Assembly (NCBI RefSeq): GCF_009834535.1
Contig: NC_045697.1
Coordinates: forward strand, 40,860,001-40,924,000
Direction of reading: 5' to 3'
Source of the DNA: Camelus ferus
Taxonomy: Eukaryota
Length of the DNA stretch: 64,000 bases
Below, piece by piece: positions 26,639 to 41,095 of this stretch. The stretch's first letter is position 1. The number at the start of each line of letters is the position of its first letter. Under the pieces are notes generated by a model. The model was not told the DNA's origin and searched no databases. It was given only the letters and a program-made list of their open reading frames with translations. Both the position numbers and the translations under genes were made by a program.

Positions 26639-27584
26639 CTAGAAAGAAAAATAAAAATCTCTAGTTATTAGAATATTAAGGTTTATAAATCTAAGACTGC
26701 ATCACTGCTAAATCTTATAAACACTGATAAATCTAATTTTTACATAAATTAGGTTTTATTGCTTCTATTCTTTCCTAGAGTTTTTCCTTTGATGTCAAGC
26801 AAGGATTTTTTTTTTTTTAAGCACAAGGTATAATGTTTTACCTTAAAATCAAATAATGAATTACCTTTAAAAAAAAAACTATTACTAGAAGAGATAGAAA
26901 GCATCCAACATGGCAAATTCGGGTTTGGGTAGATAAATCCTCAGTGACATCATGGAAAGGAACAGAGAACATGTATTAACAATGTGCATATATACCAGGC
27001 TGGACCGAACACAGATCTAAAGGTGGTATTTCTGTTTTCTGAAGATTATGTACAAGTACAGAACAACAGCAACAAAAAAGGCAGTGTTTTTAATATAACA
27101 TTTACAATCAACAGAAACATGCAAGTTAGCAACTGATTAGCTTGTTATTAAAACCATCACTAATGCAACAGATCACATTAAACTTTAAGAAAAGGTAGGA
27201 GGTATGATAAATGTAAGATGTATGTATGCATCTAAATTCTGAAGCAGGAAGCAGACACCCTACCTCACTTAACTTCCCTGTACCTCTGACTCCACCTCCC
27301 CCACAACTAAGTCAAGACCCTCAAAAATGACAGAATTTATTGTAAAGTCCTGAATGCCTTCCTAAGCCACAAAACCCTATACAAGTGTAAGATGTACTTA
27401 CTGACATGACTTGGCGAGTAAAGCATGTGCAAGCATTAGGAAGCACTTTAGAAACTAAAAGTAACTTGCAAATTTAACCTAATTTCCAAAGATTTCAACA
27501 AGTAATACTTAATCTGGCACACAGCAATATTTCAGACTTTTCACTGGTGTGGATGCAGGGCTTGCTGTACTTGTAAGCAGTTAC

Positions 27585-27671
27585 CTTTGTGGGAAAAGGA
27601 AATTTGGAGGGCTCAGCTGTACTAGGCGTGTGTATTGCTGTCAGAGGAGGAGGCCATGAATGGGTCATTTC
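27585..27671 (-). CDS. AFF1: AFF1 internal exon, 87 nt, [29 protein letters not shown] (ELL-binding/ALF region)
   Basis: tctttccag|GAA ATG … ACA AAG|gtaact; phase 0-0; lies within ORF 27495..27695. Confidence 0.97.
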
Positions 27672-29739
27672 CTGGAAAGAGATTTGGAAAGGCAAGATAA
27701 AGAAAATTATAAACAGAACATTTACTGCTACTTCAGTTAACTTCTTTAACTTAATGTAGAGTGGACTGATGGTAAATGAAGAGTAAAATCTTAAGAGTTA
27801 TTCCATTTACTTAAAAAAACAAAAAACAGAAAATACCTCCTACTTGGTGGGCTATATTTGCTCAAAAGCTGAAGATCTCCAACAAACAAAACTGAAAAGA
27901 AATCAGTTTGAAGAAGGAGAGCACAGAGCAGGACCGGCCTCAGAACCCTGCGGAGCCTGAAGCGTGAAACGGCAGCAGGTAGCACCAGAGCTTATGTAAC
28001 TATGAAAACGCAGTCCCGTCTCAATGTGCTCCTTCTCCCTCAGCTTCTTTATTGCACTTCCTGGAATTATTTAAGTTCAAAGGAAGAAGAACTTTCCTGT
28101 TTGACTTAAGCAAACAAGTAATTCAGGTCACTTGTTCCACTTGGGAGAGTTTTAATGGATTTGACCCTTCCCTGGTACACGTTACTAGGACATAAGAACT
28201 TCTGTGGAGAACGCTTTACAACGTGACCATCCCTTTTCATTAACAGAAGTTTCATTTTTATTTGCTGTTTTCATGGAGGCAAAACTTCTGTGTCTTACAA
28301 AGTAACATACCTATCTGGACATGAATTCTTTTCTAAGCACATTTGCTTGCTAAGAACAAGTGGAAAACAAAATGTCAGATTAAAGGTGCCTGATCACAAA
28401 TGTGCCACACACACACTTTGCTGAAGAGCTACAATGACACCAGAGGTCGTTAACACCAGCCCCTTCACTTAACAGCTGAGAAAACCGAGGTCCAAAAGGA
28501 CAGGATCAGGTCCCCCAGGAAGCTGCCGGCTGGCAGCACAGGGAACGCACCACCACCACCACCCGCACCCCCCGCCTTCTGAGTCCAAGAGAAAGCAGCC
28601 CATCCCCACGTGTGTCAGACCTGCCTGGCAAACTGGCGTCAAGGTCGACAGGCAACCTCCACCAGCAAGCTGGGGAGCCGGGATCCTGCTGTACCACCTG
28701 TACAGAGCACTGGGCCTTCTCCCACAGCGGTGACCAGCCTCCCCACGACCACAGAAATGCCATCCGATCCTTGCCACAACTGGAAATTGGTGCAGCGGCA
28801 AGCATCTCCATTCCCAGCCTCCATGCACATCTTCCCACGGCCGTCCTTGCCAGAGCCCCAGGACATAAAGGACCAGGCACAGTGACAAGCAAAGTAACCT
28901 GCACTGGCTTTTCTGAGTAATTTTTGCTCAAGGTGGTATCATGCCCTTGCTCACTTGACTAACCACCTTCTGCTCAGTACAAGAGAGGAATTCTGTACCA
29001 AACGGCAACGGAAAGGGTAGCAGTTCTGGAGCCACAGTCCCGGATTGGACCCGAACTCCGACCCTGTTGGTCAGCTCAGCTTGAGGTGCTGGGGCTCCGT
29101 GCGCCCCAGCTCTCAGGAAGACCTGGACAAAGACCACTTATTTTTCAAAGCGTATGTAAAGTGCCTGAATACGTGGTCAGAGAAAGCACTTAGTAAGTTA
29201 AAAGCATTACAATTTTTAATTAAAAGTCTAGTTTTTAAAGAATTTTAAAATACTGCACCGCAGAAGAGTTCCCTGTTATTTTATTTATTTGGCTCTCCCC
29301 TAACGTATGGTACCATTAGAATGTTACAGTGTAAAAACATGTAATAATTAATTGAGAAGGTGTTTGAAAGTATCACCTTTCTGTCTTCCAAGAATGTCTT
29401 TAGGATCCCAATGGTATCGGTATCTATGACTTTCAGTCACCACGGATTCCCAGGAAACATCCATTGTACTCTCAATGCCTGAGGCTGCCCCAGCTATTAA
29501 ATTAGGCAGTTGGAAAGTGCATAAACTCTTTCAGGCCCTCAGTGGTTTGCTGGTAGTGTGAAAGAATTTATATACTTCCCTAAATGCCCCCCTTATAGAG
29601 GAAGTGAGGCCTTATGAAAATTGGGGCCATAAGGAGAGAATGGCCAAGTCCTGAAAAACAACTTACCACACGAATGAGGGCAAATCACCTGGCACCTGCT
29701 TCAGACCTGGCCTTCCAGGTGCCACCGCTGCTCTCTCCT

Positions 29740-30040
29740 CCCCACTCTCCCCCCTGCTCACCTGGCTCTAGACACGCTGTCTAGTTCTCGCTGTTCCTCT
29801 AACGCACCCGCCTGTACCGACCTCAAGGCCTTTGCGCTCACTCTTTCCTCTGCCTGTTCCTCCACTCACCTGCCTGCTGTATGACTCACAGCCCTTATCA
29901 ACGTCTGACACTTTATTATATATTTATCTTTCCCACTGTGATCTCCAAGAGAGCAAGGACTCTGTCTTATTCATATGGCGTCCCCAGTGTTCAGAGAAGT
30001 ATTTGAGTCTTCATGGATATTTGCTGAGTAAATGAATGAA
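29740..30040 (+). mobile_element. L2 LINE 3' fragment
   Basis: cctcaaggcctttgcgctcactctttcctctgcct…ctccaagagagcaaggactctgtcttattca…atatttgctgagtaaatgaatgaa. Confidence 0.6.
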
Positions 30041-32380
30041 CAAAAATGGTGCTGCCACTCACTGCACCAGTTTCACTGGCATGCTGCACTGAAATAATCA
30101 ATGTCTACAAGTCCTGGGTTAACTTCCCCTAAAGGCTGTTGAGGCTGTGCCACTGCAAGGAGAAAAGCTGAGCTGTTTCCACACGCCCGCCGAGGGCACG
30201 GTGCCCTACCCAGACCCTTGTGCACAACCGATTCCTGGCTTCTGGCAGTGTCTGTCTGCTGTCTTCTTCCCCCACCAGTCTGCAGGAGTCACAGGCCATC
30301 ACTGCCCCTCATCACAACACTTCCTCTCTTAGTATTTCCACCAGAGAACGGAACAATCTCTGCCATGACTGATTTTCTGTCAGGGAGCTATTTACAGCTT
30401 CTCTCGCCCATCAGAAAGATGCATGTCAGGATCCTGGCAATCTTCATAAATTACTGGTCGGAGATACGAACAGGGACCACAAGGCAGAGGCAAGTATCTG
30501 GATCGGCATCTCAGAGTGAGAGCTGGGTCCAACCCTAGAGATCACCCACTGTCTACCAGCCCGGGGGCTTCAATCTACCAATGAGGAAACTGAGGTCCGG
30601 GGATGACACATGACTTAACTGGGGCCCACAACAGAGGAGGAGAGGAGGGGACGGACTCCAAGTCTCCACGAGGCAGAGGCCCATGCCCCTCTTCTGTCCA
30701 GGACACCCTTCTAATCGCTTTCTCCATCTATGATTTCCAAATGAAAACACTCACCTGTGGCTTGTGTTAAATATCCACTTTCAAGCATTTCCAGGCAAGT
30801 AAGAACTCATTAAAGTGATGTTGGCTGAGAGGGGAGGACAGATGAGTTCATTGAATTAAAAACGCCTGCCTGACACTCTAATGCCATCACCTTACATAAA
30901 GGACTCAACAAGTTGTATGTTAACACACGTCAAAACCAAACACACCCAGGAGACAACTAATCTATACCGCTGTATTTACTTATGAAATAACCATTGAACA
31001 AATCGCAAATAATTTCACAGAAAAGGCTAAGGCCATATTTTATAACTAAGTCATCTGTTACTTTTATGACTCATCTTACCAAAGAATTTCAGAAATACCA
31101 GAGGGAGAGGATAAAATAAAAGCTTGATCAAGACAACTTATTATTAATCTTACTTGATGGCTGGCAAAAATTTCTCATTTTCTGCAGTACAAAGTATGTT
31201 TCCTTAGAACTATTTCTCAGAAAATTCTAACTACAAAAGTAAGGGATCAAACATTGTAAAAACAATAATGATGGAACTGTTTTCCAAATATCTGGTTAGA
31301 CACCACTTTTGTCAAGAATTTCACACATGAGAAGGTAACCAATATACTTAATTAGTGGTTTTAGCATCCCCTCACTTAATACTTTGCAATGAAACATTAA
31401 AGAAAAAAATTAGATAAGCACGTATTTTGAGGGAAAAAGTATGAAACAGAGATAAAAATTAATAGGTATATGTGTCATCTCTCTCCTACTTCCAAAAAAA
31501 AAAAATCAAACTTTATAGTAAAAGATGAAGAGTATCAGTAAAACAGACATGAAAAAAATTAAAAGCCACAGAAGAGGAACAAGAAATAAATAAACAAAAC
31601 CCTCAGTTATTACAATTACTGTATTTGAGTATTAAATTTAGCTCTAGATTTCCTGGAAATTAAAGCCAAAATGAGAAACAACAGTTTATATAATTCTCTG
31701 ATAAAAAGAAAGCATGCTGATTCATGAGGAGAATTTATTTTTTTTTTCCTGGAACTGAATTCTAGAAGGAATTTGTCATCCTTATGCAAGAAAAACTGAA
31801 CAAATGGATAATGGATTCAATGATGTATTTGTAGAAGCAGCACAAATGTTCCTGGCATGATCTCAATAATCAAAAGCAAAAAATAACCCTTTCAAGGTAG
31901 GTCTAAAGATGTCCATTGACTTTCTACCATTTTTCCTCTCATCCCTTTAAAAATTCATAGTCTCACTTAAGATGAGGCCACACATAGGAGATGCCACCTA
32001 TAAAACACCAAGAGGTGTAGATCAAACACTACATAACCCCTGGTGCCTCCCATATGGCAGCAGCACAGGGAGCTTCCACTCGGAGAAAGAAGTGAGCAAC
32101 TCTCCTGGGTCTTTACGGACAACCGGAGAAGCATGAGAGACATGTCTTAAAGCTCTGCTCCAAATGCCTTGCAGTTTGTAGACTTCATTTCAATTAATAA
32201 AATCTGTCAGAGAATGCAATAACGTTCTAAGACTCCTTTTGTTATTATTCTGGCTTATTCTGCTTTGCTAGTTACGTTTAAAGGGGTCTGGAATGACAAC
32301 TGTTCATTAAAGTCAAAGAAAATGAATATATGTCTGCCTACTTAAACATTTCAAGTGAGAAATGGTAACAATAAGCTCAC

Positions 32381-32425
32381 CTTCAGAATCTCTTCAACGC
32401 AGTGGACTTCACTGGAGTAGGTCTG
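32381..32425 (-). CDS. AFF1: AFF1 internal exon, 45 nt, QTYSSEVHCVEEILK (start of ELL-binding region)
   Basis: Minus strand reads ttcag|CAG ACC TAC TCC AGT GAA GTC CAC TGC GTT GAA GAG ATT CTG AAG|gtgagc; phase 0-0. Confidence 0.96.
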
Positions 32426-35400
32426 CTGAAAGTGAAAAGCAGGAAAAAGATCAGCACACGAACCAAAAAGCAACTACAGAGCTGGTCTTAGTAGACAGAT
32501 GCTGGTATTAATTAATACAGCAACATTCTTGTAAGTAGAATCACCTCAGGGCCCACCTTTTACCAGCTATGTATTAGGAACCCCACATTCTGGATGAAAG
32601 AAAACCAGAGATTAACCTGACTTAAACGGGGAGGAAAGGGTTCCACTGGAGACAATGGCAGACTAATTTTGACCCTCAGGTCAGCAGTTTCTGATGGAAA
32701 ACGTATATATTAAATGAAGTTAGTGCGTTAGTAAATCTATGGGGATAACAGATACTACAAAAATAGAGGCAGAAAGAGGAAATCGGTGCCACAATTTGCT
32801 GCTTCGTAACAACATCTGTCCAGTGAGCCAAGCGAAATGAACACAAAGACAGTGATGAACTGAACTTCTTGAGCCCACAGTAAGGAGACCAACACCCAAT
32901 CAAGGTTAGAGTTTTTGGTAATGTTCTAACCCACCAAAAATTCATTTTAAAGTTGGCCATCTCCAGTTCTCATTCAAGGCCAGCATTTTCATCTTTCATA
33001 GAGGCACACACACATACATGTGTGCACACTCACACACAAAGCATGTCCCCAGAGAAAGCCCCTAGGGAGAGAGGAGATTACCTAGCACCTTGGAGGAAAG
33101 ATGCAGTTTATACTTCTTGCTTAGCCCCAGCTAAACACATGACAGCTGCCGCTGGTAGTATCACAACCAGTGTTCAAGAGAGTCATCTTACAGTCTTTAT
33201 TTTTAAACAGAAAAGTTAAATATTTAAAAAAAATTTCACTTTTCCTTAACCAGAGATATGGAACAAATCCCATGACTTCTTGGTTATCAGTGGAAAAGCA
33301 ACTGTTGCTCTGTGTCAATTCATGAGCCAAGCGTCCCGGCCAAGTCCTATACAACACACACCCCTCCCACCACTGGCCTGCTGTGCAGAAAGCACTGCTC
33401 TTCCCGGTCAGTCCATCCAGTGCCCGCCTCACAGCCAGCGTGTGCAGATGGGAAAGGATTCTTCTCCCAGCTCCCATTTCTAATTTGAGTTAATTTAATA
33501 CTGTGCTGGTTGCTAATCTAGGGTTTATTAATCCAACATTCCCTTCATTCTAGTTCCTCTAAGGAAAAAGGAGAAGAAAGGAAAAGAGCATACAACATTC
33601 ACACTGTCCTGGAATCGAATCTAATGGACATTTCAAAATTCAAATGCAATATGACTTGCCTGGGTCTGGATTTTAAACATGTAAATTTCATAAAGATGGT
33701 TTTATTGAAATGCTTGCAGTTTGTTATTTTTGAGGTAGAGTCTGGAAGTTAGGAGGTATAACCAAACAATCAAGGGTATCCCTTTAATTTGCCAGCCCTA
33801 TCAGACCCATCTGTGGGTATTATGCATGTCAACAACTAGATCTGCTTACCAGATTTCTGTTTTTCAAGATGATTTAAGGAATGGCTAAAAACTGGACCAA
33901 ACATTAGAAACCAAACATTTTAGCACAAATTTCAGAAACAGAAATTAATGCTATTTTGACCTGAGGGTAAAATGTAATTATACCTCATGGTTTCAATTTT
34001 TTCACATGCGTCATCAGGAAAAATAATAATTAGGAGTTGAAAGTGAATCAACAGAACAGCATGTGACTACGACTCTGGTCAAATAGTCTCCTCATCCTAT
34101 CTGCTGCTGGAATGAGAATGGGAATCCAGTTAAAATATTTGCAATCAAGGAAATAGTGAAGCACAGTTCAAATGAGAGCAAAAAAGATATGCCCACTGCT
34201 TCCAAAAGAATGATGTCAGAAACCTACAACTTCAGGACACTAAAAGACTCTGATGTTCGTTATTACTCAAGCTGTCACTTAGCCAAGATGTTGCATGTAA
34301 CTAAAAGATTCATTATTTTCTCCTAACATTTTATTACATGAGATGATCCAGGACTATAGAAGTTTTTTCTAGTTTATTATTTATTAGTATCTGGGTAAGA
34401 TAAATATTGCTAAATAGTCACCATTTAACCCATTTAAAATTCTAACCAAGGTCTAAGGGTCAAGCATTAATTGGTTAATGTACTGTGAATTTCCACATCA
34501 GGTCCATTATGGAATTAGGGGTATTTCAAAGGGGTACAGGAATTCCAATCCAAATACACGAGGATATATCTTATTTAAAGATCGCCAGCAGCACTATTTA
34601 TAATGGCAAATAACTGGAAATGATCAAATGCCCAGCAGCAGGCTAAAGATTTTTACCGTGCGCCCTACAGCAGTATGTTACACAAACAATACACATACAT
34701 ACCCACCAAGGAATGTAAATACATGTGCTTGCACAGAAGGATGCTCAAGACATTTTCAACTTTTTAATAATTTCATACTTACAGAAAAATAAAAAAAATA
34801 ATAAAAGAAATTCCCACAAACCCTTCACTCAGATTAGCCAAATGCTGGCTTTCTACCACATTCGCAGTGTGTTTCCACCCTCCTCAGCCCACCTCACACA
34901 TTTGAGAGCAAGTCAGAGTTAATGCTCTTTTACTCCTAAATACTCCTGTGTGTACCAAGACACGCTTTAAAGCTTTATTTAAGAGGCAAGAGATTGCAAG
35001 ATAGTCTCTACAGCTGAGTCCATTTTATGTTCCGTCCACCCAAGGCTCTTGTCTGCACTCTTCCCTGGCCCAAATTAGAGATTCTCAAACTAAGGTACAG
35101 TAGGCATTTCAGCTGTGTTTGCAAAGAAATATCTGTAAGGACAGGCTGCCTTGTTTTAAAAAGTACAACTTGGCACCTCCAAGTCTGCCACTGGAAGGAG
35201 ACATTCCAAAAAGGGAGGCGTAGTTCAACAAACCATTATGTCTTAATCCCTTCCCTTAAAATCTGCTTTCCCCACAAGGTCTCCAGCTGAGCAGTGCTGC
35301 TCCTGCTCAGGGAAGCCAGGCTCTCCCTTCAACACTGTGGCCAAAGAGTAAATAATCAGCCTCTCAGAAGCACAGCCAAGTTACGGCTAAAGATCTTAGG

Positions 35401-35969
35401 TAAGACTTCCTCAAAGAACAAGAGACGAGAAAAAAAAAAAAAGCAACAGCAAAAATCTATGCTAACGACATGAATCTAGTTTGCAGGTCCTTCCCTGTCT
35501 AGCTTTCCTTCAGTGGCAGAGACACTGACTTTGGCACATGCAACCACAGATGTCACTGCTGTCTCCCCTCCTCAGTACCTAGGCTCCTAGAAGAGGCCAA
35601 CTCAGACACCTCTCAGATCTGGTGTCCTGTATACAGACACACCTCCCGGCGGAGCCCTCACCTGCCCGCTGTGCAATATGGCCGTAACACAGGAACCATC
35701 CATCTATTCAATTAAAAAAAGTATTAAATACATACTGCACTTGATAATTGCATTAAGCTCTTTACTCACTATTATTTCCTCCATTTGAGGAAACTGTAAA
35801 ACACGCCATCATTAGCTTGGCAGAGGGGAAAGCTTAGGATACTAAATGTACCATCAGCCGTCGACACATCTCTCACCACAGAAGCTGCAAAATGAAATAA
35901 AAATCTGAGGGAATTTTGTATAATGCTCCATTTCTCACATCAGTCTCTGTGGTATTACCCCAGTTTTTT

Positions 35970-36195
35970 TTCAAACCTTTTTTTAATTGAAGTACAGTTG
36001 ATTTACCATGTTGTATTAATTTCTACTGTATACCATAATGATTCAGTCATACATATAAATATATACTTTTTCATATTCTTTTTCATTACAGGTCACTACG
36101 AGCCATTGAATACAGTTCCCTGTGGTATACGATAGGGCCTTGTTGTTTAGCTATTCTGTACATAGTAGTTTGTATCTGCCAGTCCCAAACTCCCA
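35970..36195 (-). mobile_element. 5'-truncated L1 3' end (cetartiodactyl type)
   Basis: ttttaattgaagtacagttgatttac… typical of a reversed L1 3'UTR; near-perfect TSD gtatta(cc/tt)ccagtttt at 35952 and 36196. Confidence 0.88.
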
Positions 36196-37639
36196 GTATT
36201 ATTCCAGTTTTTAAAATGAAACTAAATTTTAAAGAAATTAAGTTACATGCCCAAGGATACACAATGCTCTCAAGTAACTGAGCCTCACTTCACAATACTG
36301 CTACACTACCTTCCCAAAAACCTCAACCTTCAGGCATGAGACTAATGTATTAGTATTTAAAGGGGGGATATGATCCTAGTTGTCATGTGCATGACCAAAA
36401 ACATTTTTTTTAGAGATTGGAAGTTTTCCTCATGTTTGTATGAAGAAGCTGTTCAGACTTGAGTGCCCCTTACTACTACTATGGGGACTTCAGACCAGAA
36501 AAGGCAGCAATGCTGGCCTCCGTCTGCATTTCTCTCTCCTGGAATGACACTGTGTAATCCTAAGAAAATGCACGGATACCAAAATAAAATACATTCGTCC
36601 GTGTCTTCTAAGCATGACACAGTTTGTTTTAATAAGCTAAAAAGAGCCAGACGGAAGAAACATACCTCACCACTGAGACCAGGAGGCTCTCGCAACACTG
36701 TGTTTTAAGTCTCTCAAGTTTCAACAGAACAGCACTTTTCTAACAATGCTGTTCTCAAAAAGGCTCAGTTATCACTAACCAGGACTGCAGGGAGCACGAG
36801 GGCGGCATGCTGATGGGGGAAGCCAAAAGATCTTGGATCCCCGTTCTGGCTCCGCTGAGGACTGGCTCTTGCAACACTGGACAAGATTCAGCTTCTTTGG
36901 GGCTACTCCTCAGTGGCAATAAAAGGATAGCATTACCAACCCTAACTGCTTCATACGGTGGGCATGAAGGTCAAAGGTGAAACTGTAAAAAACTTCCAGG
37001 AGGCATCCGGGGCCAACATGATCAAGGCAGTCTTCACTGGTGTGACAGCTTCTAAAGTTTAAAAAAATTAAAAAAAATGCCAGTGCTAGTTTTCTTCAAG
37101 TATATGTCACCTTTCGGGTTACGGTTCAGTCTGCAGTATCTACCTGCAGTATCACCTATCCCTGACTAGCTGGGAAGTCACATTCTTCCTGCCCCACCTG
37201 GAACCTGTTTCCCTCTCCCATTCAGGTTGGGATAACTCCTACTCAGACTTTGGGTTGCAGTAAATTAAAGACCATCTTTTGGAAAACATTCCTTGATTCC
37301 CTCACTCCCAAAACTGTCCAAGCACCTCATGTCACACCATCTCTGCTGCTTCCAGGTTACAGTTCCAGGAGGCAGGGGCCAGCTCTACCTTGCTGAATCC
37401 CCAAGCACACACACCGCCTGCCACACAGAGGCAACCACGAAACATTTGCTGGTACAGTTTACAGTCTTGGAACTCAGAATATGGAAATAAATTTCCAATG
37501 TTTAGAGCTTGCAAGGCTTACTAAACACTGTAGTTTGTCTGAATTATAAGCCAACATCTTAATTAACAGCCTACACAGAAATCAACACACCAGGGACAGA
37601 AAGGAAATTGTTTTGCATTGTTTTCTCCTTTAAAAACAT

Positions 37640-38580
37640 TAAGACTATTCTTAGCACCTATTTTTCACATATCAGATTGGCAAGACAAAAAAAAGAAAGA
37701 CTGACAATACTGCGTGTATGAGATAGATGTGGGAAACCTGGCGCTCAAATACCGTGGTTGGCGGAAGGACACAGCAGTACAACCTCTGGAGACAACAATC
37801 TGACAAGAGTCACCAAATTCTAGCTTCTCATACTCTGACCCGGCCACTTGACCTCTAGCACCAATTACTCCTACGTGTACAAAAAGACATATGCACAAAG
37901 CGATTCACTCCAGCCTAGTTTGCAAGTTAAGTAGTAAGATATTGGAAAAAATCTAAATGCCTACCTGGAGGTAACTGGCTAAGAAAACTGATGCACACCC
38001 CTTAAACAGAACTACTACCGGCGGGTGGGGAGGATAGACTGGGATTTCAAAATGTAGAATAAACAAGATTATACTGTATAGCACAGGGAAATACATACAA
38101 GATCTTATGGCAGCTCACAGAGGAAAAAAAAGTGACAATGAATTATATATATGTTCATGTATAACTGAAAAACTGTGCTCTACACTGAAATTTGACACAA
38201 CACTGTAAAATGATTATAAATCAATAAAAAATGTTTAAAAAAGAAAAAGAACTACTAAGCAGCCTGACAAAGAATGAGGGTGCTCTTCTCACACTGATCT
38301 GGGTAATCTCCAAGATACACTGTTAAGGGGAAGGGAGGAAAAACCAGGTGCAGTATATGCCAGGATGTGGATAAATGAAAAGGTGATGTCAGAAAAGCAC
38401 ATGGTTGTCGAGTTAATGATGCATAAAATACCACTGGGAATAACGCAAGAAACCTGTAACATCAATTACTTCTAGAAATGAAAACTAAGTGGCTGGTGGG
38501 TTAGAGTAATGAGAAAATTTTCACTGTGTATCTTTTCCCCTTTTAAATTCTGCATTACGAAATCTATTATCTATTCATAA
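37640..38580 (+). mobile_element. Old degenerate L1M-type 3' fragment hosting a younger L1
   Basis: Degenerate ORF2-end motifs (tcagattggcaa…, gacccggccactt…, aaatctaaatgcct…); boundaries approximate. Confidence 0.6.
38018..38247 (+). mobile_element. Young 5'-truncated L1 3' end nested in the older L1
   Basis: 3'UTR similar to 62220-62468; AATAAA and A tail; perfect TSD agaactacta at 38008-38017 and 38248-38257. Confidence 0.9.
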
Positions 38581-41095
38581 AAGCACAAAAATTAGACTGA
38601 GGTTTAAAAAATAGGGATAAAACTTTTTACTCAAAGTATAGCCAAAGGTCTTCTGCCACACTGCTATTTACCTTCGGTCAGCCTTCCTCTACACAACTTT
38701 CCTTCTTCCAAACACACATCCATATGCATCTGCCCCCAGCTTCCTCCCCGGTGCTCTGGGCTTGCCCCATGGAGCACTCTGCACACTAAAATGTTCCAGA
38801 TTTACAGGCACCTTCCTGTGACATGCTCCTGGGGAAACCTAGGACTTGCTGTCAAGGTCTGGCCCAGGATTTGCTGGCTAGTTCATTCTCGTTTCCCAAA
38901 CTAGGTACTAGAAAGTCCTTGACAGAGAGGCGTGGTGGCGGTGCAGGAGGTCTCCCTTTTAAAAAAAAAAAATAGGTCATACCTAAGTATCATACCTAAA
39001 TGCAGGACACATTTGAAATACACAAAGCTTCACAGGATTGTTGAGGAAGAAATAAGACAACGCACATTAAAGCTAATGCCGCACAAAGAAATCCAAGCAT
39101 TTATCTAGAAGACGCCATAATCAGCATTTCCCAGACATGGATTAGAGGAGGAAACCAAAAGGCCTGCCTGAGCAAGGTTTTGACATAAAATTAATTTTAT
39201 TCTCAATACAAAATAAATTACCTAAATACCCAGGCCTATTTGAAGAACTCGCGCATACTATACTGCCTGGGTGTGCCTCCTTGGGCTGCAAAAGGCACAA
39301 GCTGCGAGCAGTATTACTTCAGAAGTGTCGTGTCCTTTGGGCAACTACCTAAACACCTACTTCCACACCCAGGATTTTAGGTGAGAATTTTTTAAATCCC
39401 TGGACAGATTTATAGACACACATAGCACAAAGAGAAAAAAAGAAAGAAAGAAAACTATAGATTGTTAATATGGAAGAAAGAATAATGGGACAGAAAACAG
39501 AATAAGATACCCTTAACAGTCTTCCTAAAGATGAACAGTAGTATAATGTAGACTGCAAACCAGTTTTAGCTGTCAAACTCTCCCTTCAAAAAATTAAACA
39601 CCCTCTACCTCTCCCAAGGTATTTTCAAATAACAGCAAGGTTTTGGGTAGTTTTTTTTCTTTTTTAAGTGATACACTCCAATACGTAGCAAAGAATTACT
39701 CACATGCTCCATAGAAGCCTCTTTTTACTGCCAAACTGGTCTGCCAGGCATGAAGGCTACCACAATTAATGTTACACTAACTGCAGAAATCTCTATAGTT
39801 CTCCAAAGAAATGTTTCAAGGAGAATAGGAAAGAGATTGTAAAGGACAAGATTACTTTAAATTAAGAGGACTGTATAGGTCACCTACCGCTATCATCCAA
39901 CAAAAATTTACTGTGGAAAGACCAAATTCTACTCGTACTGAAGGATCTGGAAGACAGGGAGCAGTGTGGAAACAGGGGTGTCACAAATACTGGCGGCCCC
40001 TTCCTGCAAGTCTTTACTGTCTCCCCACCTTCAACCCCGAATGGTAACCCACAGTGTTCTAATCTGTCTCTCCCAGACTAGCTTCCCCAAAGCAGGGCCT
40101 GGTTTTATTCCTCTCTACATCTCCCAGGACCTTAGCATAATTCTGGACTAACACACATAATACACAAGCCGCATCTGTGAAATGAATGAATTTGATTTTG
40201 CCATTTCATGGCATCTCCAACAAAATTTACAAACACGAGAAGGCCAAAAAGTAATTATGGAATATTTTATAGTGAATTCTCCATTTTCCCCCCTGTATAT
40301 TGGAAGCACTATATGTCTCCTCAAATTTGCAAAACTCCAGGCAACTTCACAGAACAATGTGGTTTTTTAAGATACAGAAATCCTCAACCTAAAAATAAAA
40401 AGGGAAATTCTATCACTACCACCAATCTAATCAGATTTTTTTTTAACCCAAGAAGCTGCTGCCTAAAGTGCAATTTAGGGATGTGAGTTTCTCAAAGAGC
40501 GAAGTTTCTGATGTGACAGTAGCATGAAGTCATGATTGTTGGGGGAGGGGTACACTGGGCATGCTTGGGTGGGGTAAAGGAAAGGTATGTCTCCTTGAGA
40601 CAGGACATCAAGAAATATTCCAGGATAAATGAAGAAAGAGTGTTGGAAACTTAGAAGATGTGCTGGCACCCCCATTCACTTATTAAATGAAAACTAATAT
40701 TCCTAATTTTTTTTAAGTTTACCTTTAGGCAAATCACTCCTTTATAGGCAAAATATGTTATCTCTTGGTCTGTCCTTCATCAGCTAAAGCAAAAATAGAC
40801 TTAAAAATGGAAAGAGAAAAAAGCCCCTAAATATCATTACTGAAACTCATAAAACCTTACAGGAAGAAGTATTTTGAACTACAGGTACTTTAAAGATCAA
40901 TACAAGTAACTAGAGAATTTATTGCTCCTTCCCAGTCACTGTGATTTTTACCAGTGAAGCAATTTGCTTTAGTGTCATAAAGAATTAATTTTTCTAAAGT
41001 ATATGAACTTTATAAAAGTTCATAATGTGTATTAACTAAACTACTTGAACTATTCTAGAAATTCTGCTTTGATCGCCATTAAAATAAGGCATCTT

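Noticed and set aside
28469..28931. Five overlapping ORFs (75-141 aa) in a GC-richer intronic patch
   Set aside because: No AFF1 or other recognisable peptide and no convincing splice-site pair; the AFF1 frame is complete without them.
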